Shown here in pieces: positions 22,654-34,585 of a stretch of 64,000 nucleotides of DNA. A program made the position numbers and the translations under genes. The notes below the pieces were generated by a model, which was not told where the DNA came from, did not search any database, and was given only the letters and a program-made list of their open reading frames with translations. The stretch is from an uncultured Chloroflexia bacterium. Lineage in GTDB: Bacteria; Chloroflexota; Limnocylindria; QHBO01. The stretch is from the NCBI GenBank assembly GCA_963750025.1, contig CAVVPF010000020.1, positions 58,083 through 122,082 on the forward strand. The letters are read 5' to 3'. Numbering within the stretch: the first letter of the stretch is position 1; each line of letters opens with the position of its first letter.

Positions 22654-23577
22654 TCTCGGCGCATCACCAGGCCGAGCCTGCCGAACGGCGGGCGAGGATC
22701 GGCGTAGGTCTTGATGCGGGGATCGGCCTCGCTCTCGGCAACCACGTCCCAGAGCCGGTTCTGGGCCTCGAAGCTGACCTCCGCGAGCTGCGGCCAGCGC
22801 GCCAGCATGCGCGTCCCGATCTCGTGGACGAGGTGCTGGATCGACAGGCTGACGAACTCGTGGAAGACCGATGCCGCCAGGTCGGCCACCTGCTCGCCGG
22901 CCACGTAGCGCGAGGCATCGGTCCCCAGCGCTTCCATCGGATCGGCGTAGCGCCAGCCGATGTCGCACCAGATGTAGAGCGGACGATCGCGTCGCTCGGG
23001 GAGCGTGGTGTGCTCGTCTCGCGGCGAAGTCGGCAAAGGCGCTGCCAGTGATCTTGATCAGCTGCAAATCGGTCCGTCCGCAGGTATGCCCGGTGACGCG
23101 CACGCCACCCGTGCCATCGCGCTCCAGGTCCACGCTGGCGATCGATCGGTCGTTCCGGTCACGGGAGAAGAGCACCTCGGAGCTGGCGAAGCCGTCCGGC
23201 GCGGGGACGAGGGCGGCGGCGAACGGAAGCTCGCGGCCGCTCATGGTCAGCCGCTGCATGTGCGGGTACGTCTGAAGGAACCGATTCCCGAGATCGTGCA
23301 GCCAGCCTTCCAGCGTCGACGCGCCACAGTCGAGCGAGGCTGTATGCATGAAGTTCTTCATGGTGTCCGTGGCGACCACCATCCGGTTGTCGCCGCGGGT
23401 ATAGGCGTCCAGGAATGCGTCTCCGCGGACGGCGACCTCCAGCTCGGCTGCCATCAACGTGTTATCCCGCCCGTTGAAGGGCGACTCGGGAATGACGGTG
23501 ACCCCGACCAGCGCCGCCCCATGCGTGCGATAGACCTTGACGTCGGCCTTGCCATAGTGAATCTCATATTCCATCAA
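22650..23577 (-). CDS. urate oxidase (uricase), one apparent frameshift near 23040
   Basis: MMEYEIHYGKADVKVYRT...GDNRMVVATDTMKNFMH; C-terminal part in frame of ORF 22650..23036 (LYIWCDIGWRY...LVHEIGTRML). Confidence 0.75.
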
Positions 23578-24107
23578 GCGCCCTCCCCGAACTGCTCGTC
23601 CGAACCACGTAACCGACCCAGGCGGTCGGCAGCAATGTCGATCACGTCGTCCAGGCCGCGGCGCAGCTCCGCCAGCCGGTCGTTGCGCAGCGAGGCCTCG
23701 AGCAGGGGGGCGATCGATGCGCGGGGTCGTCCTGCCACGAAGATGACGAACCGAAACCCGAACCGCGCATCGTAGATCTCGTTGAGCATGGTCAGCTCAT
23801 CGGCCACACGCTCCGCATCGTCATCGGGCTCGGCACCGTAGCCCTGCTCCTGAAACGACGTCGACGACATGCTGGCTGGATCGGCTCCGATGCGGGGATG
23901 CGCTGCCAGCAGTTCGATTTGATCGGCCTCCGGCATGCTGCGGGCCACCTCCAGGGCGTCTGTGAAGAATGCCGCATCGGACGCGAATGGTCGCGCCGCC
24001 GCCAGGCGGGCCAGGAACCCCGGCGCTCCCTCAAACAGGGGAGTCACCTCCTCGGCGAAGGCGGCGGAGTCCAGCTGGTTGAGGGCTGCAATCGACGGGA
24101 AGCCCAT
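23574..24107 (-). CDS. uraD: 2-oxo-4-hydroxy-4-carboxy-5-ureidoimidazoline (OHCU) decarboxylase
   Basis: ...ELLAAHPRIGA...LNEIYDARFGFRFVIFVAGR; start overlaps uricase stop region (ATGA). Confidence 0.7.
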   Translation of the reverse strand: MGFPSIAALNQLDSAAFAEEVTPLFEGAPGFLARLAAARPFASDAAFFTDALEVARSMPEADQIELLAAHPRIGADPASMSSTSFQEQGYGAEPDDDAERVADELTMLNEIYDARFGFRFVIFVAGRPRASIAPLLEASLRNDRLAELRRGLDDVIDIAADRLGRLRGSDEQFGEGA

Positions 24108-24460
24108 CAGCTTCCGCGATAGGTGGATAGGCCGAATGGCGAGAGCAGCAGCGGCACGTGGTAACTGCGATCCGGGTCGTCGACCCGTATCCCGACGGCC
24201 ATGTTCTCGAAGAAATCCGCATCGCGATCGAGCGTCGCGGCATACGCGGCCAGGTCGAACACGAGCTGATACTCACCGGCGACCAGCTCATCGGCCAGCA
24301 GGGAGCGGATCCGTCCTTCCGCATCGGTCTCTAACTCGGCGATCAGCTCCGGGCGGCCGTCGGGCTCGAGCCTGAAGAGGGCCACCGGCAGGCCGGCAGC
24401 GGGGACCCCCAGTTCCAGGTCCAGGACGTGGGTCGAGATGGTCGGACGGGGATCGGCCAC
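24107..24460 (-). CDS. uraH: 5-hydroxyisourate hydrolase (transthyretin-like)
   Basis: VADPRPTISTHVLDLELGVPAAGLPV...SYHVPLLLSPFGLSTYRGS* (C-terminal YRGS signature). Confidence 0.8.
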   Translation of the reverse strand: MADPRPTISTHVLDLELGVPAAGLPVALFRLEPDGRPELIAELETDAEGRIRSLLADELVAGEYQLVFDLAAYAATLDRDADFFENMAVGIRVDDPDRSYHVPLLLSPFGLSTYRGS

Positions 24461-24475
24461 TGCTATCCTCCGCGC

Positions 24476-24892
24476 ATGGCGAACCTGACGATCCGCGTTG
24501 GCGACCTCCACTTTACCGCCCGCTGGGAGCCCGATGCGCCTCGAACGGTCGAGGCGGTGCGGCGCCTGCTGCCGATTCAAGCACAACTGATCCACTGTCG
24601 ATGGAGCGGCGAGGGGACCTGGATCCCATTCGGCGACCTCAAGGTGGGGGTCGGGTATGAGAATCACACCTCGCACCCGGCGCCCGGCGAGCTGCTCATC
24701 TACACCGGCGATCTGTCGGAATGCGAGATCCTCTTCGCGTACGGAGCCTGCACGTTCTCCTCGAAGCTGGGGCAGTTGGCCGGGAACCATTTCGCGACGG
24801 TGGTGACGGGCAGGGAGCAGCTTCGCGAGATGGGGCGGCGGGTCCTGTGGCATGGGGCGCAGGAGATCGAGATCACCGAAACGGACCGATGA
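24476..24892 (+). CDS. DUF3830 family protein (cyclophilin-like fold), function unknown
   Basis: MANLTIRVGDLHFTARWEPDAPRTVEAV...LIYTGDLSECEILFAYGACTFSS. Confidence 0.6.
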   Translation: MANLTIRVGDLHFTARWEPDAPRTVEAVRRLLPIQAQLIHCRWSGEGTWIPFGDLKVGVGYENHTSHPAPGELLIYTGDLSECEILFAYGACTFSSKLGQLAGNHFATVVTGREQLREMGRRVLWHGAQEIEITETDR

Positions 24893-25413
24893 CTCTTCGC
24901 AGAGCCGCGAGTGTGGTGGTGATGGGTGTCGTTGCCGGCGTGTTCGCGTTTGCTGGCATCGTGGTGGTGCGGCCGCCGCCGGTCACGGAGTACACCCGGA
25001 GTCTCGAATCCGGCTCCGGGCTCCTTGTTCTCGCCGTGTTTGCCGCCATCACGGGATGGGGGCTGTCGGGGGGCGCTCGCTGGGGTCACTTCCTCGGCGT
25101 TCTCGCAGCGATCGCCTGTGCGATCGCTGGCATGTTCGGAATCTATGGCCTGGTAGTTCTCCTCGCGTACCCGGGAATGTTCTCCAGGTCGAACTTGGCG
25201 GTGCTCGCTGTGCTGCTCCTCATGGGGATGACGTTCGTGGTGCTGCTCGTTGCGTTGCTGGGCGAAAGACATTCCGTGAAGACGGCGAGCGGCCTCGAAC
25301 CTCGACAGCGACTGGCGCGGTTGGCGTTTGGTTCCGCGCTCGGGATCGGGGCCTCATTGGTTTTCAGTTCGGCCCTATCGGCAATGCCGGAGCCCCCGTG
25401 CTGCCCAATGTGA
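24889..25413 (+). CDS. hypothetical 4-TM membrane protein
   Basis: ATG 24889 overlaps DUF3830 stop (ATGA); four hydrophobic helices (VVVMGVVAGVFAFAGIVVV; LLVLAVFAAITGWGL; LGVLAAIACAIAGMFGIYGLVVLLAY; AVLAVLLLMGMTFVVLLVALL). Confidence 0.45.
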   Translation: MTLRRAASVVVMGVVAGVFAFAGIVVVRPPPVTEYTRSLESGSGLLVLAVFAAITGWGLSGGARWGHFLGVLAAIACAIAGMFGIYGLVVLLAYPGMFSRSNLAVLAVLLLMGMTFVVLLVALLGERHSVKTASGLEPRQRLARLAFGSALGIGASLVFSSALSAMPEPPCCPM

Positions 25414-25455
25414 CCGACCAGCTAGCGGTGTGAGAGACTCGATCGGTGAGCATGG

Positions 25456-26835
25456 TTGACTGATCTCATCGTCACCGGCGGGACTGCGGTTACCGCAGAG
25501 TGCTCCTTCCCGGCCGATGTAGCCATCAGCGGTGGCCGCATAGAAGCGGTGGCCCCGGACCTGGCGCGACGAGGGGTCGAAACGCTGGACGCCAGCGGCC
25601 TGCTGGTCCTCCCGGGCTGCGTTGACGTTCACACCCATACCCGACTGCCGAGCCCCGATGAGCCGGATCGGTTCTTCGCAGATTCGGTGGCCGCGGCCTT
25701 CGGCGGCACGACCACTTTTCTCGCCTTCAACAACCCGGGGACCGGCATCTCGGACGAGGGCTCGCGCTCGCTGCTCGCTGGGATGCGCGAGTTCCGAGCC
25801 CGGACTGAGGGGGAGTCGGCGATCGATTTCGGCCTGTCGGCGGTGATCAGCGGGCAGCAGGAGGACCCGGTTGCCGAGCTGCCCGAGCTGATCGCATCCG
25901 GCGTCCCGACCGCCAAAGCGTTCATGGTCTACGACTTCCGACTGACCGATGAGCGCCTCTTCGCGGCGCTCCGCGTGACAGGCCGGCATGGCGGCATGCT
26001 GCAGGTCCACTGCGAGAACGCCACCGTCATCGACGCCCTGGTGGCCGATGCCGTGGCCAACGGCAACGTCACGTGCCGGCACCATGCGTTGACCCGTCCC
26101 ACCTACGCCGAGGCGGAGGCGACCCATCGAGCAATCGCCCTGGCTCAGGCCGCGGAGGCATCGGTCTATGTCGTGCACCTGTCCTGCGCCGATGCGCTGG
26201 CCGAAGTGGCCGCCGTCAAGGCGCGCGGCTGGCCCGTCTACGCCGAGACCTGCCCGCACTACCTGGCTTTGACCGATGTGTGATACGAAGCGCCCGACGA
26301 GGCCGACGTGATCCGCAGCGTCATCTCGCCCCCATTGCGTTCCGAGGCCGACCGGCAGGCGCTCTGGCTCGGCCTGCGCGCCGGCGGCCTGGATGTGGTG
26401 GCCACCGACCACGTGCCGGATCGGCTGGCGGTCGAGAAGCGCGTCCCGGCTCCGCCCTTCCCGCAGATCAGCAACGGCGCGCCGGGAATCGAGACACTGC
26501 TCTCAGTCGTGTACGCGGAGGGGGTCGCGAAAGGGCGGATCACGGTCGAGCGGATGGTTGATGTGCTTGCCACCACTCCCGCCCGCCTCTTCGGCTTACC
26601 GATGAAGGGAACCATTGAGGTCGGTCGGGATGCCGACCTCGTGCTGTTCGACCCGAACGCAAGCCGCACCATTTGCCAGGCCGATCTGCACCACACCAGC
26701 GACTTCACTGCGTACGAGGGAATGACTGCTTCCGGCGCAGTACGCACCGTCCTGGTGCGAGGCCAACCGGTGATCCGCGACAGTGCCTTCGTCGGGCGGC
26801 GCGGCGCCGGCTCCTTCCGGGAGCGGAGCCTGTGA
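25456..26835 (+). CDS. cyclic amidohydrolase (allantoinase/dihydropyrimidinase family), one apparent frameshift near 26285
   Basis: TTG start; LPGCVDVHTHT...HCENATVIDALV...VYVVHLSCADAL...ETCPHYLAL then frame of ORF 26308 (SPPLRSEADRQALWLGLRAGGLDVVATDHVP). Confidence 0.7.
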
Positions 26836-26874
26836 GCGTATGAACACCGCTCAGCGTTCAGGTGTACGCGTGCT

Positions 26875-27618
26875 GTGAGGCACACCCGTCTACTCGTCCT
26901 GGCCGCGATCCTCTCTGCCTGCGCCGGCACCGCGCCGACACTGGAGCCTGGTCCATCTGGCGCGTCGCCGCCATCGGACCCCATTGGCCTCCTACGCTTC
27001 AGCTGCGGCGGGCGGCCGTTCTCGATCGAGCTGCTCGCGGAGCCGCCAAATGCCGAACGGGCGCCGCATCCCGCCGCGGCTGCACTTCGCGCCTTTCTGC
27101 AGACGCCAGATGCCGACGGATTCCTGCCCGAATCTGGGTGGCTCCTCGCAGGCCTCGATGAGACGGGCGCTTCGTTCGTCGCCCAAGTCGCCGGAGATCC
27201 TCCGTTTGTCGAGGCGGAGGTGGAGCGCCAGCCGGACGGCTGGAAGGTCGTCGGCTGGGGTCAGTGCCGGCCTAGGGCGGTGTTTGAAGGCCTGAACGAT
27301 GCTACCTGGGTATTGGACCCGAGCGCTCCGTTTCCTGCTCCCGAGGACCGGGGGTTCGTGGCGCTGGTGACCGAAACGGCCTGTGCCGGTGGGCAGTCAT
27401 CGGAAGGTCGAGTCCTCTCGCCAGCCATCATCTACGGACAACGCGACGTTCTGGTCGTCTTCGCCGTGCACCCACAGCCAGGCGAATTCTTCACGTGCCA
27501 AGGCAACCCGGCGACGCGTGTCGTCGTTGCTCTCGACGAGCCGCTCGGTGAGCGGCAGTTGCTTGACGGCGGCGTCTTCCCTCCCCACGATCCTGCGGAG
27601 CCCTGGCCACCGCACTAG
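26875..27618 (+). CDS. hypothetical lipoprotein
   Basis: GTG start; signal peptide with lipobox (LLVLAAILSAC); no recognisable domain. Confidence 0.45.
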   Translation: MRHTRLLVLAAILSACAGTAPTLEPGPSGASPPSDPIGLLRFSCGGRPFSIELLAEPPNAERAPHPAAAALRAFLQTPDADGFLPESGWLLAGLDETGASFVAQVAGDPPFVEAEVERQPDGWKVVGWGQCRPRAVFEGLNDATWVLDPSAPFPAPEDRGFVALVTETACAGGQSSEGRVLSPAIIYGQRDVLVVFAVHPQPGEFFTCQGNPATRVVVALDEPLGERQLLDGGVFPPHDPAEPWPPH

Positions 27619-27679
27619 CCGACCCGCATCGCGAAGGTTAGGACTGGGGGGCTGTTTCTCGAATGACTACTCAGGGACG

Positions 27680-29265
27680 TCAGCGCAGCAGCGCGTAAGC
27701 GTTCAGGGTCAGGAACTCGGTGAAGCGGTCGGAGAGGACGAGGTCGTCCAGAAGCCTGGCGGCATCGGTCCAGCGGAAGCCGGGGAGGGCGGACTCCAGG
27801 CGCGATAGCTCCTGGTCGCGGGTGGCGGTGTAGAGCTCGGCGGACATCGACCTGCCATCGTCGAGCGCGATCCCGTGAACTCGCCACTGCCAGAGTTGGC
27901 TGCGGCTGATCTCGGCGGTGGCGGCGTCCTCCATCAGGTTGTTAATCGCGGCAGCACCGTTCCCGGCCAGCCACGACGCGAGATACTGGAGCGCCACGCT
28001 CACGTTGGTCCGGATGCCGGCCTCGGTCACCCGGCCACCCGCCACCCGGGTATCGAGCAGGTCGCGCGCCGTGACGCGCACATCCTCCCGCAGCCGCTCC
28101 TTCTGGTTCGGTCGATCGCCGAGCACCGCGTCGAAGGCGGCGCGCGCCACCGGCACCAGGTCGGGGTGCGCGACCCAGGTCCCGTCGGAGCCGTCGCCGG
28201 CCTCCCGCTGCTTGTCCTCGCGCACAGCGGCCAGGGCGCGCTCCGTCACATCGGGCTCTCGCCGGTTGGGGATGAAGGCGCTCATCCCGCCGATGGCGTG
28301 CGCCGCCCGCGCATGACAGGTGCGCACCAGGAGCTGCTGGTAGGCCCGCATGAACGGCACCGCCATGGTCACCTGGGCGCGGTCGGGCAGGATCATGTCG
28401 CGCCCGCGCGTGGAACTTCTTGATCAGGCTGAAGATGTAGTCCCAGCGTCCGGCGTTGAGGCCCGACGGCGTGCTCGCGCAGCTCGTAGAGGATCTCCTC
28501 CATCTCGAAGGCGGCCAGGATCGTCTCGATGAGCACGGTGGCGCGGATGCTCCCGCGCGGGATGCCGAGCTGCTCCTGTGCGACCAGGAAGACGTCGTTC
28601 CAAAGGCGCGCCTCGAGGTGCGACTCGAGCTTCGGCAGGTAGAAGTACGGACCGGAGCCGCGTGCCAGCTGCTCGCGAGCGTTGTGAAAGAGGACGAGCC
28701 CGAAGTCGAAGAGCGACGCCGAGATGGGGGAGCCGTCGATCAGCAGGTGCGCCTCGTCGAGGTGCCAGCCACGCGGCCGGATCACCAGGGTCGCAATCTC
28801 CGCATGCAACGCGTAAGCCTTGTCATCGGCCTGGAAGGTGAGGCGACGACGAACCGCTTCACGGACCGCCCATTGGCCGGTCACGACATTGGCCCAGGTG
28901 GGGGAGAGGGCGTCCTCGAAGTCGGCCATGAAGACCCGTGCGCCGGAGTTGAGCGCGTTGATCATCATCTTCGGCTCGACCGGGCCGGTGATCTCCACTC
29001 GGCGGTCGTCGAGGTCGGCAGGAGCCGGCGCCACGCGCCAGGTGGCGTCCTGCCGGATCAGTGCCGTCTCGGTCAGGAAGTCCGGCAATTCGCCGGAGTC
29101 GAACCTGGCCTGGCGCTCCGCGCGGGCTGCCAGCAGCTCCTGCCGGCGACCGTTGAAGGTCCGATGCAGCTGCCCCACGAAGGTCAGCGCCTCCGCGCTC
29201 AGGATGCCGGAGGCGACCTCGGCAGGCTCAGCGGTGAGAGCAATGCCGGGCGGCAGCTCGGTCAT
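27680..29265 (-). CDS. aceB: malate synthase A, one apparent frameshift near 28395
   Basis: ...[24 protein letters not shown]...[22 protein letters not shown]; C-terminal half in frame of ORF 27680..28396. Confidence 0.8.
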
Positions 29266-29278
29266 TCGGCGATGGCCA

Positions 29279-30145
29279 CTACCAACCTCCCTCGTCCCGG
29301 ATCAGCCGGTGCAGGACACGGGCCGCGACCGCCCGGCGGTAGTCGGCCGTGGAGCGCACGTCGTCGATCGGCTGGATCTCGTCCGCCAGCGCGGCCGCGG
29401 CTCGATCAGCGGTCGGCTCGTCGGGAGCGGATCCCTCCATTACGCCCTCGGTACGCGGAGCGCGGATGGTGGTCGGCGCCACCGAGCCCAGGGCCAGCCG
29501 CACCTTGCGCCAGGGGGTCCGCGGGTCAGCGGGCCGATCGGTCTGCCAGGCGAGCGCCATCACCACCTTGCTGATCGCCTGCGCCCGCCGCGTGCCGACC
29601 TTGCGGTAGCGAACCTGGCGCCCGTTGGCCAGGGGCAGGCTGATACGCAGCAGCAATTCGTCGCCAGCGAGTGCCGTGCGGCGATAGGCGGGCCAGAACT
29701 CGCGGGCCGCGACCCAACGCTCGCCGTGGGCGCTGCCCAGGACGAACTGCGCCTCGCATGCCAGCAGCAGCGGCAGCATGTCGCCGGCCGGCGAGGCATT
29801 CACGGCGTTGCCGCCGATCGTCCCTCGATTCTGTATCTGGGCCGCCCCGATGGTGGCCGCGGCCTCGGCCAACGCCGGCAGGAATTCGGCCACCAACGGT
29901 GATCGCCGGATCTCCGCGTAGGTGGTCAGGGCACCGATCACCAGCGCGTTGGACTCGACCCGCATGCCGCGCAGCTCGTCAAGGTGCCAAATGTCCAGCA
30001 CCCGCTCGGGTAGCTCGCCGAGCTCGCCGGTGATCTGGACCAGCAGGTCGGTCCCGCCGGCCAGCGGGCGGTACGGGCCGGTTGCCAGCACGGCATAGGC
30101 CTCGGCCAGCGTCCGCGGGGAAACGACCGGCGGCTCGTGCGGCAT
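29279..30145 (-). CDS. molybdopterin dehydrogenase FAD-binding subunit (XdhB/CoxM-like)
   Basis: [38 protein letters not shown]...[15 protein letters not shown]. Confidence 0.75.
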   Translation of the reverse strand: MPHEPPVVSPRTLAEAYAVLATGPYRPLAGGTDLLVQITGELGELPERVLDIWHLDELRGMRVESNALVIGALTTYAEIRRSPLVAEFLPALAEAAATIGAAQIQNRGTIGGNAVNASPAGDMLPLLLACEAQFVLGSAHGERWVAAREFWPAYRRTALAGDELLLRISLPLANGRQVRYRKVGTRRAQAISKVVMALAWQTDRPADPRTPWRKVRLALGSVAPTTIRAPRTEGVMEGSAPDEPTADRAAAALADEIQPIDDVRSTADYRRAVAARVLHRLIRDEGGW

Positions 30146-30149
30146 CGGC

Positions 30150-30622
<473 letters not shown>

Positions 30623-30626
<4 letters not shown>

Positions 30627-32942
30627 GCCGCACCCTTTTCGGGCGCCGAGGCGCTCACGCCCGGCGCGGCGGGCGATGGGGCTCCGGTGAGGGCGGCGAG
30701 GATGCGTTCCGGCGAGGCCGGCAGATCGTGGATCCAGACGCCCGTCGCGTCGTGGATGGCGGCCACCACGGCCGGTGCTCCAACGTCCATCGGAAGCTCG
30801 CCGATCCCCTTGGCACCATGCGGCGCACCCGAGAACGGCTTCTCGACCAGGACCGCGCGGATCCGCGGCGCATCCAGCGAGGTTGGAATCAGGTAGGTCG
30901 CCAATCGGTCGTTGAGGTAGCGACCGTCGACCAGCTTGATCTCCTCGATGGTGGCATAGCCCACCGCCTGCAGGGTGCCCCCCTCGACCTGGCCTTCGGC
31001 GAGCACCGGATGGATGATGCGTCCGGCGTCATCGGCGGAGACGACGTCGCGGACCGTGACCTCGCCGGTATCCAGGTCGACCTCCACCTGCGCCACCGCG
31101 CAGGCCCATCCAAAGGCGGGGTACGCGTCGCCGGTGTAGGTGGCCTCGTCGAAGTGGACGTTCGGGTACGGCGTGAATCGTTCGTCCACCCGCAATCCTC
31201 CGTGCTCGGTGGCGAAGTCCCGGTATGACTCGGCGAACCCACGACCGGTGGCCGACTCGACCTGCGCCCGTAGTCGTCGGGCCGCGTTGATGATCAGGCC
31301 GCCGACCACCATCGCCGTCCGCGAGGCAACGGTCGGGCCGGAGTCGGGGACGATGCTGGTGTCCTGGGGCGCGACCTCCACGTCATCCGGGTCGATGCCG
31401 AGCTCCCCGGCCACCAGCTGCGGGAAGATGGTCCTGGTGCCCTGGCCCATCTCCGTCTGGGCGGTCAGTACCTGGATCACGCCGGTATCGGTCAGCTCGA
31501 CCGATGCGACGCTGGCGATGTGCACCTCGCCCGAACCGGTGAAACCGGCTCCGTGCCAGCCCAGCGCAAGCCCGATTCCCGACGCCACTCGCGCGGATGG
31601 AAGTCGCGCCTCCCGTGCGTGCCTCGTCTGTTCGCTGTGGCGCGCAAATTCGCTCGCGTCGGCGGCCGCCTCGAGCACCTCGACGGCGGCCACGCTCTCG
31701 CGCAGCACCTGCCCGGTCGGAGTGATGTCGCCCTCGCGGAACGCCCAACGACGACGAAGCTCGAGCGGGCTGATCGACAGCGCCTCCGCGATCCGGTTGA
31801 CCTGCATCTCCGCTGCGAACTCGACCTGGGGGGCGCCGAAGCCGCGGAAGGCACCGTTGGGTGGCGTGTTGGTGGCCATCGCCCGTCCCCGGATCTGCAC
31901 GTTCGGGCACCGATACGGGCCACCGGCGTGCAGCACGCCGCGCGAGAGCACCACGGGCGTCAGCGTGCAGTACGCCCCGCCGTCCATCACCACCTCGATC
32001 TCCTGCGCCACCAGCCGCCCGTCCAGGGTCACCCCGGTGCGATGCCGGATCACCGCCGGGTGACGCTTGGTGGTGGCGCTGAGGTCCTCGTGCCGGTCGT
32101 AGATCATGCGCACCGGCTTACCGACCTTGCGGGCCAGCAGCGCCGCGTGCAGGGCGACGATGGAGGGGTACTCCTCCTTGCCGCCGAAGCCACCGCCGGT
32201 CTCCGCCTGGACCACCACCGCCTGCTGCATCGGTCAGCTCGAGAGAGCGCTTCAGGGCGCGGTGAATGTAGTACGGGCACTGGCACGAGCCGCGGACCGT
32301 GACGCCACCGTCGGGGTGGGGGACGGCGATCATGGCCTGGTTCTCGATGTAGAGCTGCTCCTGGTGTCCGACCCGATACGTCCCCTCGATCACCACGTCC
32401 GCCTCGGCGAAGCCACTCTCCAGGTCGCCGCGGCCGACGCTGCAATGGGAGAACTCCTCGGTCGACAGGAGCGGATCGAAGACCGCGGGCAGTCGCTCGG
32501 TCCGGGCACGGAGGTGGCGCCTGGCCTCTCGCAGGGTGGACCGACCGGCCGCCGCAATCAGGCACAGCGGCTCGGCCTGGTGGCGGATTTCGCCGCCCAC
32601 GGGCACCAGGATCGGCTGATCGTCGCGGATCAGGCTGACGACGTTGTCACCGGGGATATCGGCAGCGGTCACCACCGCCACGCGGCTCCAGTCGAATGTG
32701 GCGTCCAGGTCGATCGCCAGCAGGCGCGCATGCGGCTCCGTGGAACGAATGGTGGCCCCGTACCAGGCGCCGGGGAAGATCAGGTCGTCCGCGTACTTGG
32801 CCAGCCCGGTGAGCTTGGCCGGCCCCTCCCGGCGGAGCGGCGCGCGTGGCCTGGCACTGCCCGCGACGGTGCCATCGGGCGGGACGACCAGTGCCTCCGG
32901 CGCGGTTGCGGGCCGCGTTCGCGGCGGCAGAGTGCGCGTCAT
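30623..32942 (-). CDS. molybdopterin-binding large subunit of xanthine dehydrogenase family, one apparent frameshift near 32230
   Basis: N-terminal part in ORF 32118..32942, rest in ORF 30623..32230 (GGGFGGKE...GAFRGFGAPQ...); ATGA overlaps on both sides. Confidence 0.8.
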
Positions 32943-34585
32943 GCGGTCCTCGCTCCTCCTCCGCCGGACGATAGCACCGTCCGCCCTCTTCGCAGCGCTC
33001 GACCGGGCAGGGCTCCCGTGTGCACGCCCAGATCCACCACCAGCTCGCCGTTGACCGCGACGTACTCGATCCCGTCGGGATAGCGGCGCGGTTCGTCGTA
33101 GGTCGCGTTCGAGCGCACACGGACCGGGTCGAAGGCAACCAGGTCAGCGGCATACCCGTCGCGCAGCCGCCCGCGGTCGGGAAGGCCCAGCCGCGCAGCG
33201 GGTGCCGAGGTCATCTTGCGCACAGCCTCCTCGAGCGAGAGCAGGCCCTCGTCGCGCACGAACTGGCCGAGGATGCGCGGAAACGATCCATAGGTGCGCG
33301 GCGACGGCTTCTCGCCGAGGAAGGTCGAATCCGTGCCGACCATGCCGACCGGATGGCGAACGAAGTGGGGGAGGGTCTCGCTCCACGGGCCGCTGGTCAC
33401 TTGCGCCACGCGCAGGTCCTCACTCAGCAGCAGATCGCAGATCGCCTCAACCGCGTCGACGCCGCGCTCGCGCATGACATCGGCCAGGGTGCAGCTCTCC
33501 CAACGGAGGTTCTCCGGGCGGGTGAAGGCACCAAGCCGCACGTCGGCCCAGCCGGCGTCGGTGGCATACGTCGCCCCGCGGGCGGCCAGCTCGGTACGCA
33601 GCTGATCGCGAATGGACCGATCAGTCAGGCGCTCCTTGAGCGCCATCGGCCCACCGACCTGAACCCACTGCGGGATCTGGATCAGCAGCCGAGTCGAGGC
33701 CCACTCGTACGGATACGCATCGAAGGTGACGTCCATCCCGGAACGCCGGGCATCGTCGACCAGCTCGAGCAGCAGCTCAGGGCCTCCGGGGTACGACCGG
33801 CGATGATAGAAGTGGGTCAGGTGCACCGGCCCCTCGCCACGCCTGCCGATCTCGATCGCCTCCCGGAACGGGTCGAGGAAGCCGTCGCCGAGCGGGTAGC
33901 GAACATGCGTGTGATAGAAGCCCCCGAGGCCCGCCGCGGCGGCAGTGAGCGCCGCCAGCTCGTCGGTCGATGCGAACGAGCCGGGCGGGTAGTCGAGACC
34001 GCTGCTGACCCCGAAGGCGCCCTCCTCCATCGCCTCGCGCAGGGCGGCCTGCATGTTGGCCAGCGCCCTTTCATCTGCCGGTCGGTCGCCCCAGCCGACG
34101 GCACCGATGCGCAGCGCGCTGTTGCCGATCATGACCGCCACGTTGATCGCCTGGCCGCGGTCATAGCGACCGATGTAGGACGCCACGCTGCCCCAGTCGT
34201 AGTCGATCTCCGGGCGCCCGTCCAGCCCAGCGTTCAGCTCGACGAAGGCGAGGAGGTCTTCGTGACGGAGAAAGGGCGCGTAGCCGTTGCCGTCGACCCC
34301 GATCACCTCCGTGGTGACTCCCTGCCGCACCTTGGGTTCATGGCGCGGATCGGCCAGGATGACCAGGCCGCCGTGGCTGTGCAGATCGATGAAGCCCGGG
34401 GCGACCACCAGTCCGGTGGCGTCGACCATGCGGCCAGCCTCCGGCCACCAATCAGCCTCTCCGAGCACGAGGCGACCGTTGAGCGATCCGATGGTGCCGG
34501 GGCGGGATGGTCCTCCGCTGCCGTCCACGAGCAATCCGCCGGTGAATGCGAGGTCGACTCGCACGGGCAGCGGCCGATCGGTCAT
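32939..34585 (-). CDS. D-aminoacylase (N-acyl-D-amino-acid deacylase) family amidohydrolase
   Basis: 548 aa, intact; GFIDLHSHG...metal-dependent amidohydrolase fold; ATGA coupling to neighbours. Confidence 0.6.
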   Translation of the reverse strand: MTDRPLPVRVDLAFTGGLLVDGSGGPSRPGTIGSLNGRLVLGEADWWPEAGRMVDATGLVVAPGFIDLHSHGGLVILADPRHEPKVRQGVTTEVIGVDGNGYAPFLRHEDLLAFVELNAGLDGRPEIDYDWGSVASYIGRYDRGQAINVAVMIGNSALRIGAVGWGDRPADERALANMQAALREAMEEGAFGVSSGLDYPPGSFASTDELAALTAAAAGLGGFYHTHVRYPLGDGFLDPFREAIEIGRRGEGPVHLTHFYHRRSYPGGPELLLELVDDARRSGMDVTFDAYPYEWASTRLLIQIPQWVQVGGPMALKERLTDRSIRDQLRTELAARGATYATDAGWADVRLGAFTRPENLRWESCTLADVMRERGVDAVEAICDLLLSEDLRVAQVTSGPWSETLPHFVRHPVGMVGTDSTFLGEKPSPRTYGSFPRILGQFVRDEGLLSLEEAVRKMTSAPAARLGLPDRGRLRDGYAADLVAFDPVRVRSNATYDEPRRYPDGIEYVAVNGELVVDLGVHTGALPGRALRRGRTVLSSGGGGARTA

